Positions 32,320 through 45,110 of a DNA stretch of 64,000 nt are shown here, in pieces. The stretch comes from Rebecca billardiae RCC1528 (taxonomy: Eukaryota; Protista; Haptophyta), in assembly GCA_965240325.2 (NCBI GenBank), contig OZ251223.1, positions 3,286,001 to 3,350,000 on the forward strand. Reading direction: 5' to 3'. A program made the translations under genes and the position numbers. Under the pieces are notes generated by a model. The model made no database searches. It saw nothing but the letters and a program-made list of their open reading frames with translations, and was not told where the DNA came from. Every line of letters starts with the position of its first letter. Position 1 is the first letter of the stretch.

Positions 32320-33094
32320 GCCACAAGTTGCGCGGTCAGCGGACGGCGGCACGGCGCGCTTGTTGAAGGCGGTTGGCGCTCGCACCGCCGCCGCTTTTTC
32401 GCGCGGAGCTGCCGCTGAGCAACCAAGGATTCTCAACGCATTGTCAGCGAGGAAAAATCTCGTTGTCGAAGTTCGCGCTGTCATTTTCCCGCGCTTTATT
32501 ATTCTTGGCGCGTCGCACCCCTGCCAGCGAGGTGACCGCCGGCGGGCGGGACGGTTCTCGCGCGGGATCCTTGCCCTTGGGATCCACCAGGATCTCTTCT
32601 CTGATCTCTCGAGTCTGTGACTGTGCCTGGGTTGTGACTGGGTGTTCATGACGACAACGGGCCTCACAATCGTCGCCGCTATTACTTAGTAAGGACCCTC
32701 ACCCCGTGCTGACGTCACTGAGCGGCCCGGCGTCACTTGGTCTCAGCCAGTGCTGCCCAGTGCAGGCTGCCGCGGCCCGCCCGGACTCTGCGGCGCGGTT
32801 CCGCGGCCCCCGCGGGGCCCGGGCCCGCCGGGGGTGGCCGGACAATCGGGGGCAAACTTGATAAAAGTTCTTCACTGGCCATGGCGCGTTGCAAAGCTGC
32901 GAACGACCGCGCGTATCGGAACGCGAAACTGGACATTTGTCAAGCTGCAGAACCACGGGCGCACGGCCAGCGCGCGCGACGCATCATCCGGGAAAGATCA
33001 TCCGATCACGGGAACGGTTCGCGGTTGCGCGCCGCACTCCGCTGAGCGGACTTGTGATAACCATGAAGGCGCGCCGATGCGAATGGACCCGCGC

Positions 33095-33697
33095 TTAAAT
33101 CTCCTCGAAGTCGAAGGTGTCGTCCTCCACGTCGTCACCATCCAGACCAACGTCGACGTTGATTTGCACTGCGCGATTGAAACGCCGCGCAAGGAGCGTC
33201 GCCGAGCACCGCGTGAGCGCGCAGGGCGCACGCGCAGGCGGGCGGCTCTGCGCGTGCACACACCGTTGTCGGGAAGCTCGCCGTAGGCTTTCAAGCTGCG
33301 CGCCTCTTCGTTGTCGTACTTCAGAATGACGTCCGCCTTTTGGTCCTGGAACTCGCGGAGCCCTATCAACACGATGTCGCCCTGCTGAATCCACACGCGT
33401 TTTCGCAGCTTGCCTCGGATGTGGCACAACCGGCTGACGCCGTCAAAGCAGTACGCCTCGAGGCGACCGTTGCCGAGCATCTTGGTCACCTGCGCATACT
33501 CCTGCCCGTCCTCTTTGTAGGTCAGCTCGCGCTTCGAGTCGTTATCGTTCTTCCCACGCCGGCGGTTCTTGCCACCCTTGCCTGCGGAAGATGCACCGGA
33601 CCGCAGCGCAATCCGCCAAGGTGTCGGCGGCAGGCTGGCGCGAAGCCGGCAGGGCGAGGGCAGTGGGGCGCGCGCGCGCACCCTTATTCTTTGGCAT
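33095..33697 (-). CDS. EIF1A: Translation initiation factor eIF1A; exons 33697-33682, 33581-33264, 33168-33095
   Basis: MPKNKG|[49 protein letters not shown], acidic C-terminus. Confidence 0.97.
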
Positions 33698-33959
33698 GCT
33701 GCGTCGTACGGCCTCAGCAGCGCCGGGCTCGACCTCTCAAGGGCTGCAGATGCGCGCCGCGTGTGCCGGCGGACGAGGCAGCTCTTGCTGATCAAGACCT
33801 TGCAGCGCCAAGCCAAGCCCCGTGCCGCTCTTCACGATGGCTGCGGATTCCGGACGCACGCCGGCATCTTGAGTCTGAGTGTCTTGAGTCTTTGATCGTC
33901 GCCGGACCCAGCGCAGCGGGTGGGCTGGCGCGCCGCCGTCTGGGCGTTCGCCGCGCACC

Positions 33960-35675
33960 ATGGCGGAGGGCAAGGTCCGCGCCAAAGCACCGCTCGCGCC
34001 CACCTTGGCGTGGCGTGGCGCGCCCGGCGTGGCGCCCCCTCGCGCGTGCCGCGTTGCTCCCATCTGCCCAGCCCGCACCCACGGGCCGCTCCGCACGCTC
34101 CCCCTCCGCGCAGTGGCCGCGGAGCTGACGCGCGCGCGTGCACACGCGCATGTGGCTGGCATCTGCCGCAGGTACCAGTGACTGTGCTGACGGGCTTCCT
34201 CGGCGCGGGGAAGACGACGCTGCTGAACCACATCCTCACTGCGCAGCATGGCAAGAAGATTGCGGTGATCGAGAACGAGTTCGGCGAGATCGGCATCGAC
34301 GAGTCGCTCCTCGCGCAGAAGTCCGTCTCGGTCGACGAGGAGGTTTACGAGATGAACAACGGCTGCGTGTGCTGCACGGTGCGCGGCGACCTGATCCGCG
34401 TGCTCACCAAGATCCTCAAGTCGGGCAAGAAGCTCGACGCGATCATCATCGAGACCACGGGCCTGGCCGACCCTGCGCCTGTCGCGCAGACGTTTTACGT
34501 GGAGGAGGAGCTGCAGGAGCGCGCGCACCTCGACGGCATCATCTGCCTCGTCGACGCGAAGCACGTGCACAACCACCTGAACGACAAGACAGGTGAGGAC
34601 GCGAGCGAGGTGGTCAGCGAGGCGACGCAGCAGGTCGCCTTCGCCGACCGCATCCTGCTCAACAAGGTCGACCTCGTACCGGATGCTCGCGAGCTGGACG
34701 CGGTCGAGGAGCGGCTGCGCTCGATCAACAAGTACGCAGAGATCAAGCGCTGCCAGCAGGCGACGATCGACGTGTCGTGGGTGCTCGACCTGAAGTCGTT
34801 CGACCTGGAGCGCGTGCTCGAGATTGACCCCAACTTCGTGCCGAAGAAGGAGCCCGCGAAGGAGGAGCACGGCCACGGCCACGGCCACGGCCACGGCCAC
34901 GAGCACAAGGAGGAGCACGGCCACGGCCACGGCCACGGCCACGACCACGACTGCCACGACGAGAGCTGCACCGTCGACCACGGCCACGGCCACGAGCACA
35001 AGGAGGAGCACGGCCACGGCCACGGCCACGGCCACGACCACGACTGCCACGACGAGAGCTGCACCGTCGACCACGGCCACGGCCACGAGCACAAGGAGGA
35101 GCACGGCCACGGCCACGGCCACGGCCACGACCACGACTGCCACGACGAGAGCTGCACCGTCGACCACAGCCACGGCCACGGGCATGGTGCTGACGATGGC
35201 TCGCGCACCGCCCACTGGAGCAGCCGGGTGTCTTCGGTCGGCTTTGTGCGCAAAGGCGACCTTGACATGGACAAGGTGCGTGCCCTCGCGCACACCGATG
35301 CGGGCCGAAGCGGCCCCGCACATGCTGGCCGCTCTGCTGCACCCCTGCGTCAGCAGCTCGACTGCCGACGCTCATCTCATCTGACCGCGCGGTGCGTCGC
35401 GGGCCGCGGCGCGTGCGCCACGCGCGCAGGTCAACGACTGGATCGGCACGCTCTTGCAAGAGAAGGGCCCGGACATCTACCGCATGAAGGGCGTCCTCGC
35501 GCTCAAGGACACGCCGACCAAGTTCGCTTTCCAGGCGGTGCACATGCAGATGCAGGGCGAGATGCTCGGGCCGTGGAAGGAGGGTGAGCCGCGCGAGTCC
35601 AAGCTGGTCTTCATCGGTAAGGACCTCGACAAGAAGGCGCTGGGCGAGGCACTCGACGCGTGCATGGTCAAGTGA
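33960..35675 (+). CDS. COG0523/CobW (ZNG1-like) G3E metal-chaperone GTPase; exons 33960-33974, 34172-35275, 35430-35675
   Basis: [30 protein letters not shown] (CxCC), [36 protein letters not shown]. Confidence 0.95.
34901..35179 (+). repeat. Three near-identical 93-bp coding repeats ([31 protein letters not shown])
   Basis: Units start at 34901, 34994 and 35087. Confidence 0.92.
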
Positions 35676-36205
35676 GCCATGCGGCGCGGCGCGGCAAACG
35701 CAGCGCCTGCTTGTTGGACCGATGTCCGATCGCAGCGCCGAGGCTTGATGGTGACCCACATGCCATTCCGCCACGGGCGGGCACGGCCCACGTGTGACTG
35801 TGACCGTGCGGAGTGCGGCCGACGTGTGCGCCATCAAAAGCGTTCACTTGATTACAGCATACGGCCGGCGGCCCGGCCGCGACCTCTCGGATTCAGAATG
35901 TCGATCGATCCGATGTGCGGTGCCGGCGTGGACGCGTCACGGCCGCCTCAGTCGTAATAATGGCCCGCGGTGCAGGGCGGAGCGCGTAGCGTGGAGCCCC
36001 GCCGGGGGCCCGCCTCACTACGTTGTCAAAAAGATCTTTTGATCAAAGAAAAGGGGACGGGGGACGATTTTGAGGGCTGTTGGAGGGTGAATTTTCGCTT
36101 TTTCGAGGGGTACACCGTCGTACATTGCTGTCTATCCGCAAGAAGCGATTGACGAAATAAGCGCGCCCGCCAATTCGCCGTATGTCGATGGACGGACGTG
36201 GGATC

Positions 36206-37945
36206 AGATACCCGGGGGTGAAACAAGTGAGTATTCCTATCCCTCTTGTATGCTGAAGTACGAGTTTGCCGAGCGACGTTTGATTGTTTTGGGTCGAAAA
36301 CAGCTATGAGGCCAGATTCTTTTGAATAGTGCTTGTTCAAATACGTTACCCGCCTGTCTCGAAGGATGAACCGCCTCGTCATATCAAAAGAGATTCTTTT
36401 CAATAGCGCTTGTGCAACCAAGTTACCCGCCTGCCTCGATGGATGAACCTCCTGTGTCATAATGAAGGGATTGTTTTGAATGGCGCTTGTTGAACCAAGT
36501 TACCCGTCTGTCTCGATGGATGAACCTCCTGTGCCATATGGGGGTAATGAAAGAAAAACTTCGGGTTACCCGCCCGCCAGCGTCTCGCGACGAGGAGGAC
36601 GACGTGCCCAGCGGCAAGCGCGCACATAATATCATCGCCGTCGGCGGGCCCATCTTCGGCCGGCTCGAGCTGATGCACATCACGACGCTCAAGCAGGCGC
36701 TGTCCGTACCGACGTTGGCGCGCCTCCAGCGGATGGTCGACAAAGCACACGTGGGCGAAGGAGGACCACAATCATGGCCGAGTCATCGGAGACGTCGCTG
36801 ACCTCGCGGCTTCAAACCGAACCGCTCAGCCGGTTGCCACCGCGGCCGAGCAGTGCGCGCTCGCCACCGCGGCCGGCGCTGTGCACGGGCGTGCTGAGCC
36901 CGGGCCGCGTGAGCTCGCCCACCTCGCCCGGCGCGCACGCCGACGCCGCCACCGCGGCTCGGCGGCCGGACTACTCTCGGGCGGCGCGTGCGTCCCCCCG
37001 GCCGGCGCGCGCCGCCGTCGCCGCCGCGCAGGCCGGGCGGCAGGCCGTGCACTCGGTGGATGAGGAGACGGCCCTGCTGCGAGATACCCGGGGGTGAAAC
37101 AAGTGAGTATTCCTATCCCTCTTGTATGCTGAAGTACGAGTTTGCCGAGCGACGTTTGATTGTTTTGGGTCGAAAACAGCTATGAGGCCAGATTCTTTTG
37201 AATAGTGCTTGTTCAAATACGTTACCCGCCTGTCTCGAAGGATGAACCGCCTCGTCATATCAAAAGAGATTCTTTTCAATAGCGCTTGTGCAACCAAGTT
37301 ACCCGCCTGCCTCGATGGATGAACCTCCTGTGTCATAATGAAGGGATTGTTTTGAATGGCGCTTGTTGAACCAAGTTACCCGTCTGTCTCGATGGATGAA
37401 CCTCCTGTGCCATATGGGGGTAATGAAAGAAAAACTTCGGGTTACCCGCCCGCCAGCGTCTCGCGACGAGGAGGACGACGTGCCCAGCGGCAAGCGCGCA
37501 CATAATATCATCGCCGTCGGCGGGCCCATCTTCGGCCGGCTCGAGCTGATGCACATCACGACGCTCAAGCAGGCGCTGTCCGTACCGACGTTGGCGCGCC
37601 TCCAGCGGATGGTCGACAAAGCACACGTGGGCGAAGGAGGACCACAATCATGGCCGAGTCATCGGAGACGTCGCTGACCTCGCGGCTTCAAACCGAACCG
37701 CTCAGCCGGTTGCCACCGCGGCCGAGCGGTGCGCGCTCGCCACCGCGGCCGGCGCTGTGCACGGGCGTGCTGAGCCCGGGCCGCGTGAGCTCGCCCACCT
37801 CGCCCGGCGCGCACGCCGACGCCGCCACCGCGGCTCGGCGGCCGGACTACTCTCGGGCGGCGCGTGCGTCCCCCCGGCCGGCGCGCGCCGCCGTCGCCGC
37901 CGCGCAGGCCGTGCACTCGGTGGATGAGGAGACGGCCCTGCTGCG
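36206..37945. repeat. Recent tandem duplication, 876-bp unit (36206-37081; 37082-37945), each copy with three internal 77-bp repeats
   Basis: Copies look near-identical apart from a 12-bp indel and one substitution noticed; identical ORFs in the track are offset by 876; 77-bp units start at 36315, 36392 and 36469. Confidence 0.92.
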
Positions 37946-38759
37946 CGCGGAGCGCTGCGCGCCACGCGCTGCTCCTGCTGCGGCGCGCAGCAGTCCGCTC
38001 GTCCGCCCCGCGGGCTCGCCACGGAGCCGACGAGCGCGATGACGACAATCGAATGAGCACGTGCGCGTGGATGGAGGCGCTGGGCGCCGAGCTGGCGAAG
38101 CGCGGCGCCGAGCTCGACGCGCTGCACGACGCGGCGACGGACGCGCTGGGCGCGCGCGGCGCCCTCGTCGCGACGCCCCGCGCAGCAGCTCGAGCAGCCA
38201 GCTGTGGAGTAGACGGCCGTCGACTCGAGGGCGCCACCGCGCCGGGTGAGTGAGCACACACGGGCTCCGCGCCTCGGTCGGAGGCTGGCTGGCCGCCGCC
38301 GTGGCTTCGAGGCCGACGCGGCGGAGGAGGCGGCGGGCGAGCACGGTGGCGCGGTAGAGCAGGCGCGCACGCGCGGCGGCAGGCGCGACCCGCCGCTCGC
38401 CTCGTTCCACCCCGAGCTCCGCTCGGTCTCGCCTCTCGGTGCGCGGCTGCGCAGCGCCGTGAGTCAGAGTGAGTGAGCGCAGGCTGGGCGGGTGGGGCCA
38501 GCAGTGGTGCGCGCTCTGGCTCTGCCGGCACGAGGCGCGCCGGCTGAGCGACCAGCGGCCCGTCGTCGAGCGCATGGCGCAGCGCGAGCACCTCAAGGCA
38601 GGTGCGCCCGCACGCCCGCACGCGCCGGCCCGCGCCGCGCGCGGGCCGCGGCGCCTCTCGGAGTTCTCGCTCGCCCAGTGCGCGCGCCGGCGCCGCCCCC
38701 GGCCGGGCCGCTTCTTCGCGCGGCCCGCGGCGACAGTCCTCATCGGCCCGCCATGTTGA
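37650..38759 (+). pseudogene. Frame-disrupted coding-like remnant of unknown family
   Basis: Protein-like stretches (MEALGAELAKRGAELDALHDAATDAL; QWCALWLCRHEARRL...VVERMAQREHLK) lie in shifting frames, broken by short gagt/cagt-type insertions. Confidence 0.35.
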
Positions 38760-39037
38760 CCAGACTGAGACAGCAGCCGACGGAGGGTGCACCGCGGGCC
38801 CCTAACTACGTTGGTTCTACGGTTCCAAGGACCGCGGAACGCGGTCATATATTATTTAAAGGCTATTGTCACTCGATCTATTCGTTATTAGTTCAGACTG
38901 TTCAGAGATTGCTGAGGGCGAGGCGGCCGAGGCGCGGCTCAGAGCTGGCCCGGCGCGCTTGGCGCCGCGCCGCCGGCGCGCTCGCGGCTCGGCCAGAGCC
39001 CAGATGTAGCAGATGCCAGATATAGATCGATGATGAA

Positions 39038-39579
39038 TATATTCTCACTGGCTCCGGCTCCGGTCCACCCCCCCCAGGCGCCCAGCTCCGTTACGTCTTG
39101 GCCCCGAGCCGAAGTCAACCAAGCGGACCCGATGCAGCAGAGTCCCTTCCGACCGCCCCGATTAATTTGGCGATTAATGACTTCAACGATCGAAATGTCG
39201 CATCCGACCACCTCCTAATAGGTTCAGACTCTATTTTTACTATGTAATTACCCGTTCCAGCACAGTGACAGTCCGGGAGTGTTCCGGACACCTGTATGCA
39301 TATGCGAAAATGATACCCGGACTGGGTATTTAGTTATATAAAATAGAGTCTGAACCTATTGGAGGTGTGGCTGATGAAGATCGGATCCATCTGGCCGCGT
39401 ATTCCCGTAGTAATATCGTCCAAGGCAGACCGCCTGGGGTGGTCTAGGAGCTATATATTGCATATCATCAGAGGGCGGCGATCCCGCCGATTGCCAGCCG
39501 GATTGCAGTGTCAAGATGTAACGCTCCAGTGACCGGACTGGGGGGGGGGTGAAGCCGGAGCGGGAGCCCAGTGAATATA
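39038..39579. mobile_element. ~540-bp foldback/MITE-like element with outer imperfect TIRs and an inner ~159-bp inverted repeat (39209-39367)
   Basis: Outer tatattctcactggctccggctccgg..cacccc versus ggggtgaagccggagcgggagcccagtgaatata; inner cacctcctaataggttcagactctatttt versus aaaatagagtctgaacctattggaggtg. Confidence 0.7.
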
Positions 39580-40153
39580 GCGTGAATAGACAATCAGACT
39601 CATTGTCAGTCAGTCAGTGACTCACGACGGCGTCAGCTGCTCCGTGCTCGCGCGCGCCGCACTGTCCGACTGCTGTACGGTCGAGTACTCGTACTCGTAG
39701 ACGAAGTCGTAGAGTGCTAGAGTGTATAGTGTCAGATGAGTGAGATGGATCACCGCAACGGGTATTTCAGCATCAGGCCCGATAATTAGCAGCAGCGCAG
39801 TACTCAGCATATCGTCATCACGGTACTCAAGATTAGTGTCGCCGCCATAATACTTATTGAGTGATGCCAGTAAGTAGAGTGTAGGCCGTCAACTCGGATC
39901 ACGATGATGCGCATCACCGCATGTGACAATCTACTGGATATCCAGCAGTACAGTCGTAATTAATCGCGCAGCTATACACTAATAGGGCGCCGTAAATATA
40001 CCGTCAGTCATCAATCGCTGCGCTGACAGCGCTAAGTAGCATTATTGTCAACCATATGGCATCAGTACTTGCGCGCACCAATTCGCCAGGCGGCCTGTCG
40101 GGCCCCAGCACGGCACCGCGCTCGCCGCGCTTGGGTAGCCTCAGGCTACAAGT

Positions 40154-43100
40154 TTAGAGGGTCGCTGCTGCGGCGGGCGGCGCGAGCTCGATGCGCAGCC
40201 CCTTGTACGCATCGCGGAGCTGCGCGGCTGCGGGCTCGCTGCGCGTGTTCAGGTCGACGATGAAGCCGTCGACGGCGGAGCACACCGCCTGCCGGGCGCT
40301 CAGCGACGGCGCGGCCGCGTGCGCGTGGATCCAGCCGGTGACGAGCTCGTGCACCGCGCCTGGCGCGCAGCGCGCGGCGCGGTGGGGGCGCGGACGGGGC
40401 GCCTCGTCAGCGCCAGCGCGCAGGGCGCGCCCGCGCGGCTCCGCGCGCCGCGCGCCGCCGGTGCGCGCACCGAGCAGGTGCAGGCGCGCGCTGCCGCTCT
40501 GCTCCCACAGCGCCTGCATCCGGCTGCCGCGCGCGCTGGGGTCGGCGTAGGTCTTCCAGAGCCGCTCCCAGGGCACGGGCGGCTCGACGCCGGTCGAGAG
40601 CAGCTGCACGACGTGCGCCGAGCTGCCGTCCGCCGACTGCAGCCGCTCCGCCTCGAGCGTCGCGCAGATCAGGTCGAGGCGCAGCACGTACGGCTCGGCA
40701 GGGTGCGGCGCGCAGAAGGCGGCGCGCAGCTCGCGCACCGCCTCGCACGTCGACGCCCAGCCGCCGTCCATCGAGCGCTCGAGCAGGGCGAGCAGGTGCT
40801 GCGCGCGCGTGCGGGGAGGGGGCAGGGGGCCGAGTGGGTGAGTGCACGCTCGGACGTCGACGCAGGCACACACACACACACTCAGTGCACACACACACAC
40901 ACACACACACACAGTGCACACACACACACACACACACACAGTGCACACACACACACACACACACACAGTGCACACACACACACACACACACACAGTGCAC
41001 ACACACACACACACACAGTGCACACACACACACACAGCGGCCCCCACCCACCTTCTCCACGTGGTCGGCGTACTGCTGGTACGGCGCGGCGACGCCGAGC
41101 ACGGCGAGGGCGGCGAGGTGCAGCTGGTGCTGCTCGCACAGGCCGTACAGCGCGTCCAGCTCGAACAGCCTGCGCGCCGCCACGGAGGGCGGCGCGGGGT
41201 GCGCAGCGCGCGCGGAGGCTGCGCGTGAGGCGCGCGGCGGCGCGCGCGGCCGGGGTGCGCACACGCCAGGGCGCGCGCGCGCGCGCGAGCACGCCCGGCG
41301 GCCGGGGCGGGCGATGCGCGCGCACCGCTGGCCCAGCTCGAGCGTGAGGCCGTGCACGCCCGGGTTCGTGCGCGCCACCTGCTCCAGCTGCGTGAGCACC
41401 TGCCAGCCCAGCCCGGCAGCAGCGCGCACGTCGAGCGCAGGGGCGGCAGCCGCGGCGCGCGCGCTCAGCGCGCGTGCCCGCCGCCGTGGCGCGCGCGCGC
41501 GAGTGACGGGCGCGAGGGGCGGCGGCGGCGCGCGCGCGCGCGCGCGTACCTTGCTCTGCGCGCGCACCACGCTGAGCCGCTCCTCCGCGATCCGGACAAA
41601 GTCCGGGCCGAGCGAGCCCCCGGACTCGGAGGCGGCCCGCGCGGCGAGGAGCGCCTGAACGAGCCATGCCTCCCGCTGCGCGAGGGTGGGGGGCGGCTGC
41701 GGCCGGCCCGCGTCGGCGGCGGAGCCCTCGCGCTCGGCGAGCGCGGCGAACGCGCGCGCCGCCTCCACGTGCCACGCGCGCCGCACGTAGAACGTCGCGA
41801 GCGGCTCCCGATGCGCGAGCTTGTTGCACAGCGAAGGCACGTCCGCGGCCGCGCCGGCCGCGCGCAGCATCGGGCCCCACGTGCGCGCGATGGCGTCGGG
41901 GCCCTCGTCGGCGGCGGTGGAGAGGAAGCGCTCGAGCACGGGCGAGTCGAGCGCGGGCAGCACCGCCCCCTGCCCCGCCGCGAGCACCCACCAGAACAGC
42001 CCGATGTGCAGCGCCTCGTCGAGCGGGCGGCGCTGCAGCCCGTAATCCAGCACGCGCTTCCACATGTCGGGCGCGACGCGCGCGGGGGCGGCGGCGGGCG
42101 CGGGGCGCGCCGCGGCGGCGGGCGGCGTGGCGTGCGAGCCCGCGCTGAGCAGCCCCTGCAGCGCGTCCACGCACACGCGGTACGCCGACAGCCGCTCCTG
42201 CAGCGCGCGCCACGCGGCCGGGCTCGCGCCGCCGCCGCCGCCGCCGAGCGCGCCGCCGCCGCCGCCGCCGGGGATCGCGGCGGCGCGCGCGGCGTGGTTG
42301 GGGTCGAGCAGGGCGGCGCGCGCGCACGGCAGGTCGATGATCGCCTCGTACAGCCCGAGCTCGACGAACAGGCTCACCACCGCGCGCAGGTCGATGGCGA
42401 GCGCGTAGTCGGCGCACGTGCGCAGCGCGCCGCGCAGCGCGCGCGCGCGCTCGGCCGGCGGCGCCGTCGAGGCGGTCGCGCTGGCGAGGTCGGTCCACAC
42501 GCGGTAGATGGCGTGGTCGGCGGCGGAGAAGTAGGCCGGGCACTCGCGCTGCAGCCGCGCCACCAGCGCGCCGTCGCCCGCGTGGTCGCGCAGCAGCTCG
42601 AGCAGCAGCGCGCGCGGTAGTTTCTCGGAAAGGGCGGGGTCCCAGCCGGCCGCGCCGCCGCCGGCCGCGCCGCCGCCGCCGCCGCCGCCGGCGGAGGTCG
42701 GCGTGGCGGACGCGCCGGGCGCGGCGCGCGCGCGGGCGGCGACGAGGTCGGCGAAGGTGAGCGACGCGAGCATCGCCTGCTCCGCGTCGGGCAGCCGCGC
42801 TGCCAGCCGCTGCAGGAACGCGAACGGCTGGCGCGCCGGCGCGTCGGCCGACCAGGATTGCGCGGGCGGCGCGCGCGCCGACGCCGACGCCGGCGGCGCG
42901 CCCGCGGCCCACGCGGCGGCGGTGGAGGTCTCGGCGAGGAGGGCGACGGCGGAGGCGGCCTGCGCGGCGCGGTCGAGCAGCCGCCACAGCGCCTCGAGCG
43001 ACGCGCGCTCCTCCTTCTCCACCATCTGCTGCCCGATCGCCGAGCGCACCTGGTCAGGCGAGAGTGCGCGCCGCTGCAGCGCCGAGCCGTGCGCGGCCGC

Positions 43101-45078
43101 GGCCGCGGGCGGCGCGCGCACGCCCCACTGCTCGGCGTGCTCGCGGACGAAGGCGCACACGCGGCGGAGCGCGTCGGCGAGCGAAGCCCAGTGCTCGCGC
43201 GAGCGCGCGACGCGCACGCCCGTCTCGTCCGTCGCCGTGATCGGCTGCGCCCACACAGCCGCCAGCAGCCGCGCGGCGATGGCCAGGAGCCCGCCATGCC
43301 GCCCAGAGAAGCGCACGGCGTCGGGCTCGATGGCCTGGCCGAAGGCGGTGCCGCCGTGGAGCGCGAGGTTGCCCGCGTCGCGGTGCGCCTCGCCGCCCAG
43401 CTGCCGCGCCCACGCCGAGATCGCCGAGCCGCTCAGCGCGCCGGGCGGCGCGGCCGCCACCGCGGAGCGCGGCCGCAGCGCGCCGATGGCCAGCGACATT
43501 GCGCACGCCTCCGCGGCGCCGAAGCGGGCGAAGAGGGAGTGCAGCGCGAGCTCGCGCTGGAGGTGCTCGGAGGCGGCGTCGCCGAGCGCGCTCGCCATCA
43601 GCTCGATCGGCCGCCGCTTCTCGAACGTGTACACACCGCCGGCGGTGAGCACGGCGAAGCGGCGCGGCGCGGTCAGTAGCTGAGATACGATCTCGCCGAG
43701 GGCGCCGCGCGCGTCCGCGAGCGCGGCGACGTTGGAGGCGGAGGCGAGCGCGGCGCCGCCGAGGCGCGCGAGCGCGTCGGGCGTGGCGCCCGGCGCCGCG
43801 GCGCGCGCGCCGCCGAGCCCGCCGCCGCCGCCCGCCGCCGCGCTCGCGGGCAGCGCGAACGGCGAGGTCGCGTCCGCACACGGCAACTCGCACAGCGCGT
43901 ACACGGCAGCGGGCACGCGCAGCCGCGTCACGGACTCGCAGAGCTCGTCGTAGCCGACGGCGTCGGCGAAGGCGGCGGCGGAGGGGCGCGCGTACGCCGC
44001 CGCGTACGCGCCGCCGGGCGCGGGCGAGCCGAGCCCGCCCGCGCCGCCGGGCGTGCCGCCCACGCTCGCGGCGCTCCCGAACGCGCCGCCGCCGAGGCCG
44101 AGGCACGACGCGCCGCCGCCGCCGCCCGCGCGCGACACGGCAGAGGGCACGGGGGCGAGGCAGACGAGCTCGCCCTTCGGCTCGTCGACGAGCAGGTAGC
44201 ACCCCGAGGCGAAGAGCGCGCCGTCGAGCGGCACGTGCAGCTTGTCGCCGCCGCCGCCGCCGCCGCCCAGCTCGGCGCGGCCGAGCCCGAGACCGCCGAG
44301 CTCGCCCCAGCCGGCGGCGCCGCCGCCGTACCCGCCGCCCAGCGCGCCGCCCATCCCGCCGAAGCCGGCGGCGCGCGCGTCGGCCGAGTCGGCGCCCGCG
44401 GCGCCGAACCCCGCGCTCGGCGGCGGGTCGAGCGCCGCGTACGCCCGCAGCGTGTGCAGCTGCTGCGAGCGCGACGAGCCGCCCTGCCCGTACGACAGGT
44501 AGAGACGCACGCCTGACGCGGACGTGACGACGAGCTGCACGACGCGCGAGACGGCGGTGGGGACGGCGCTCATGCCGACGAGGGCGGCGACGGGCGCGGT
44601 GGGCGCGGCCTTCGCCGCGGCGTCGATGTCGCGCGCGAGCAGGTCGATCGTGCCGCGCCGCACGCACGACTGCTGCAGCTGCGACAGCTCGGCGCGCAGC
44701 GCGTCCGCGCTCTTCGAGCAGAGCCACGCCGTGTCCTCGCCGCCCTCGCCGAGCGAGTAGAGCTGGAGCACGCTGGCGCGCGAGAGGGTGACGAGCACGC
44801 CGCGCTCCGCGTCGACGACCAGGTCGATGATCGGGTCGTGCGACTCGAACAGCGCCGAGAAGACGAAGTGCCGCACGCGCTCGAGGCGGCGCGAGCGCGG
44901 CCGCTTGGCGGCGCGCGGCGCCCACCAGCTGCCCTCGGCGCCGCGCAGCATCAGCTCGTAGAGGAAGCCGTCGGCGCCGCCCATGAAGACGCGACCGGTG
45001 GGCGTGCCAACCATCTTCACCATGTTCACGTTGTCCGTGAGCACGCGCAGCCCCGAGTGGTACAGCTCGAGCGCCGAG

Positions 45079-45110
<32 letters not shown>

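Noticed and set aside
36315-36545. 77-bp repeats as a CRISPR array
   Set aside because: Units are similar along their whole length with no unique spacers; no cas genes; eukaryotic context
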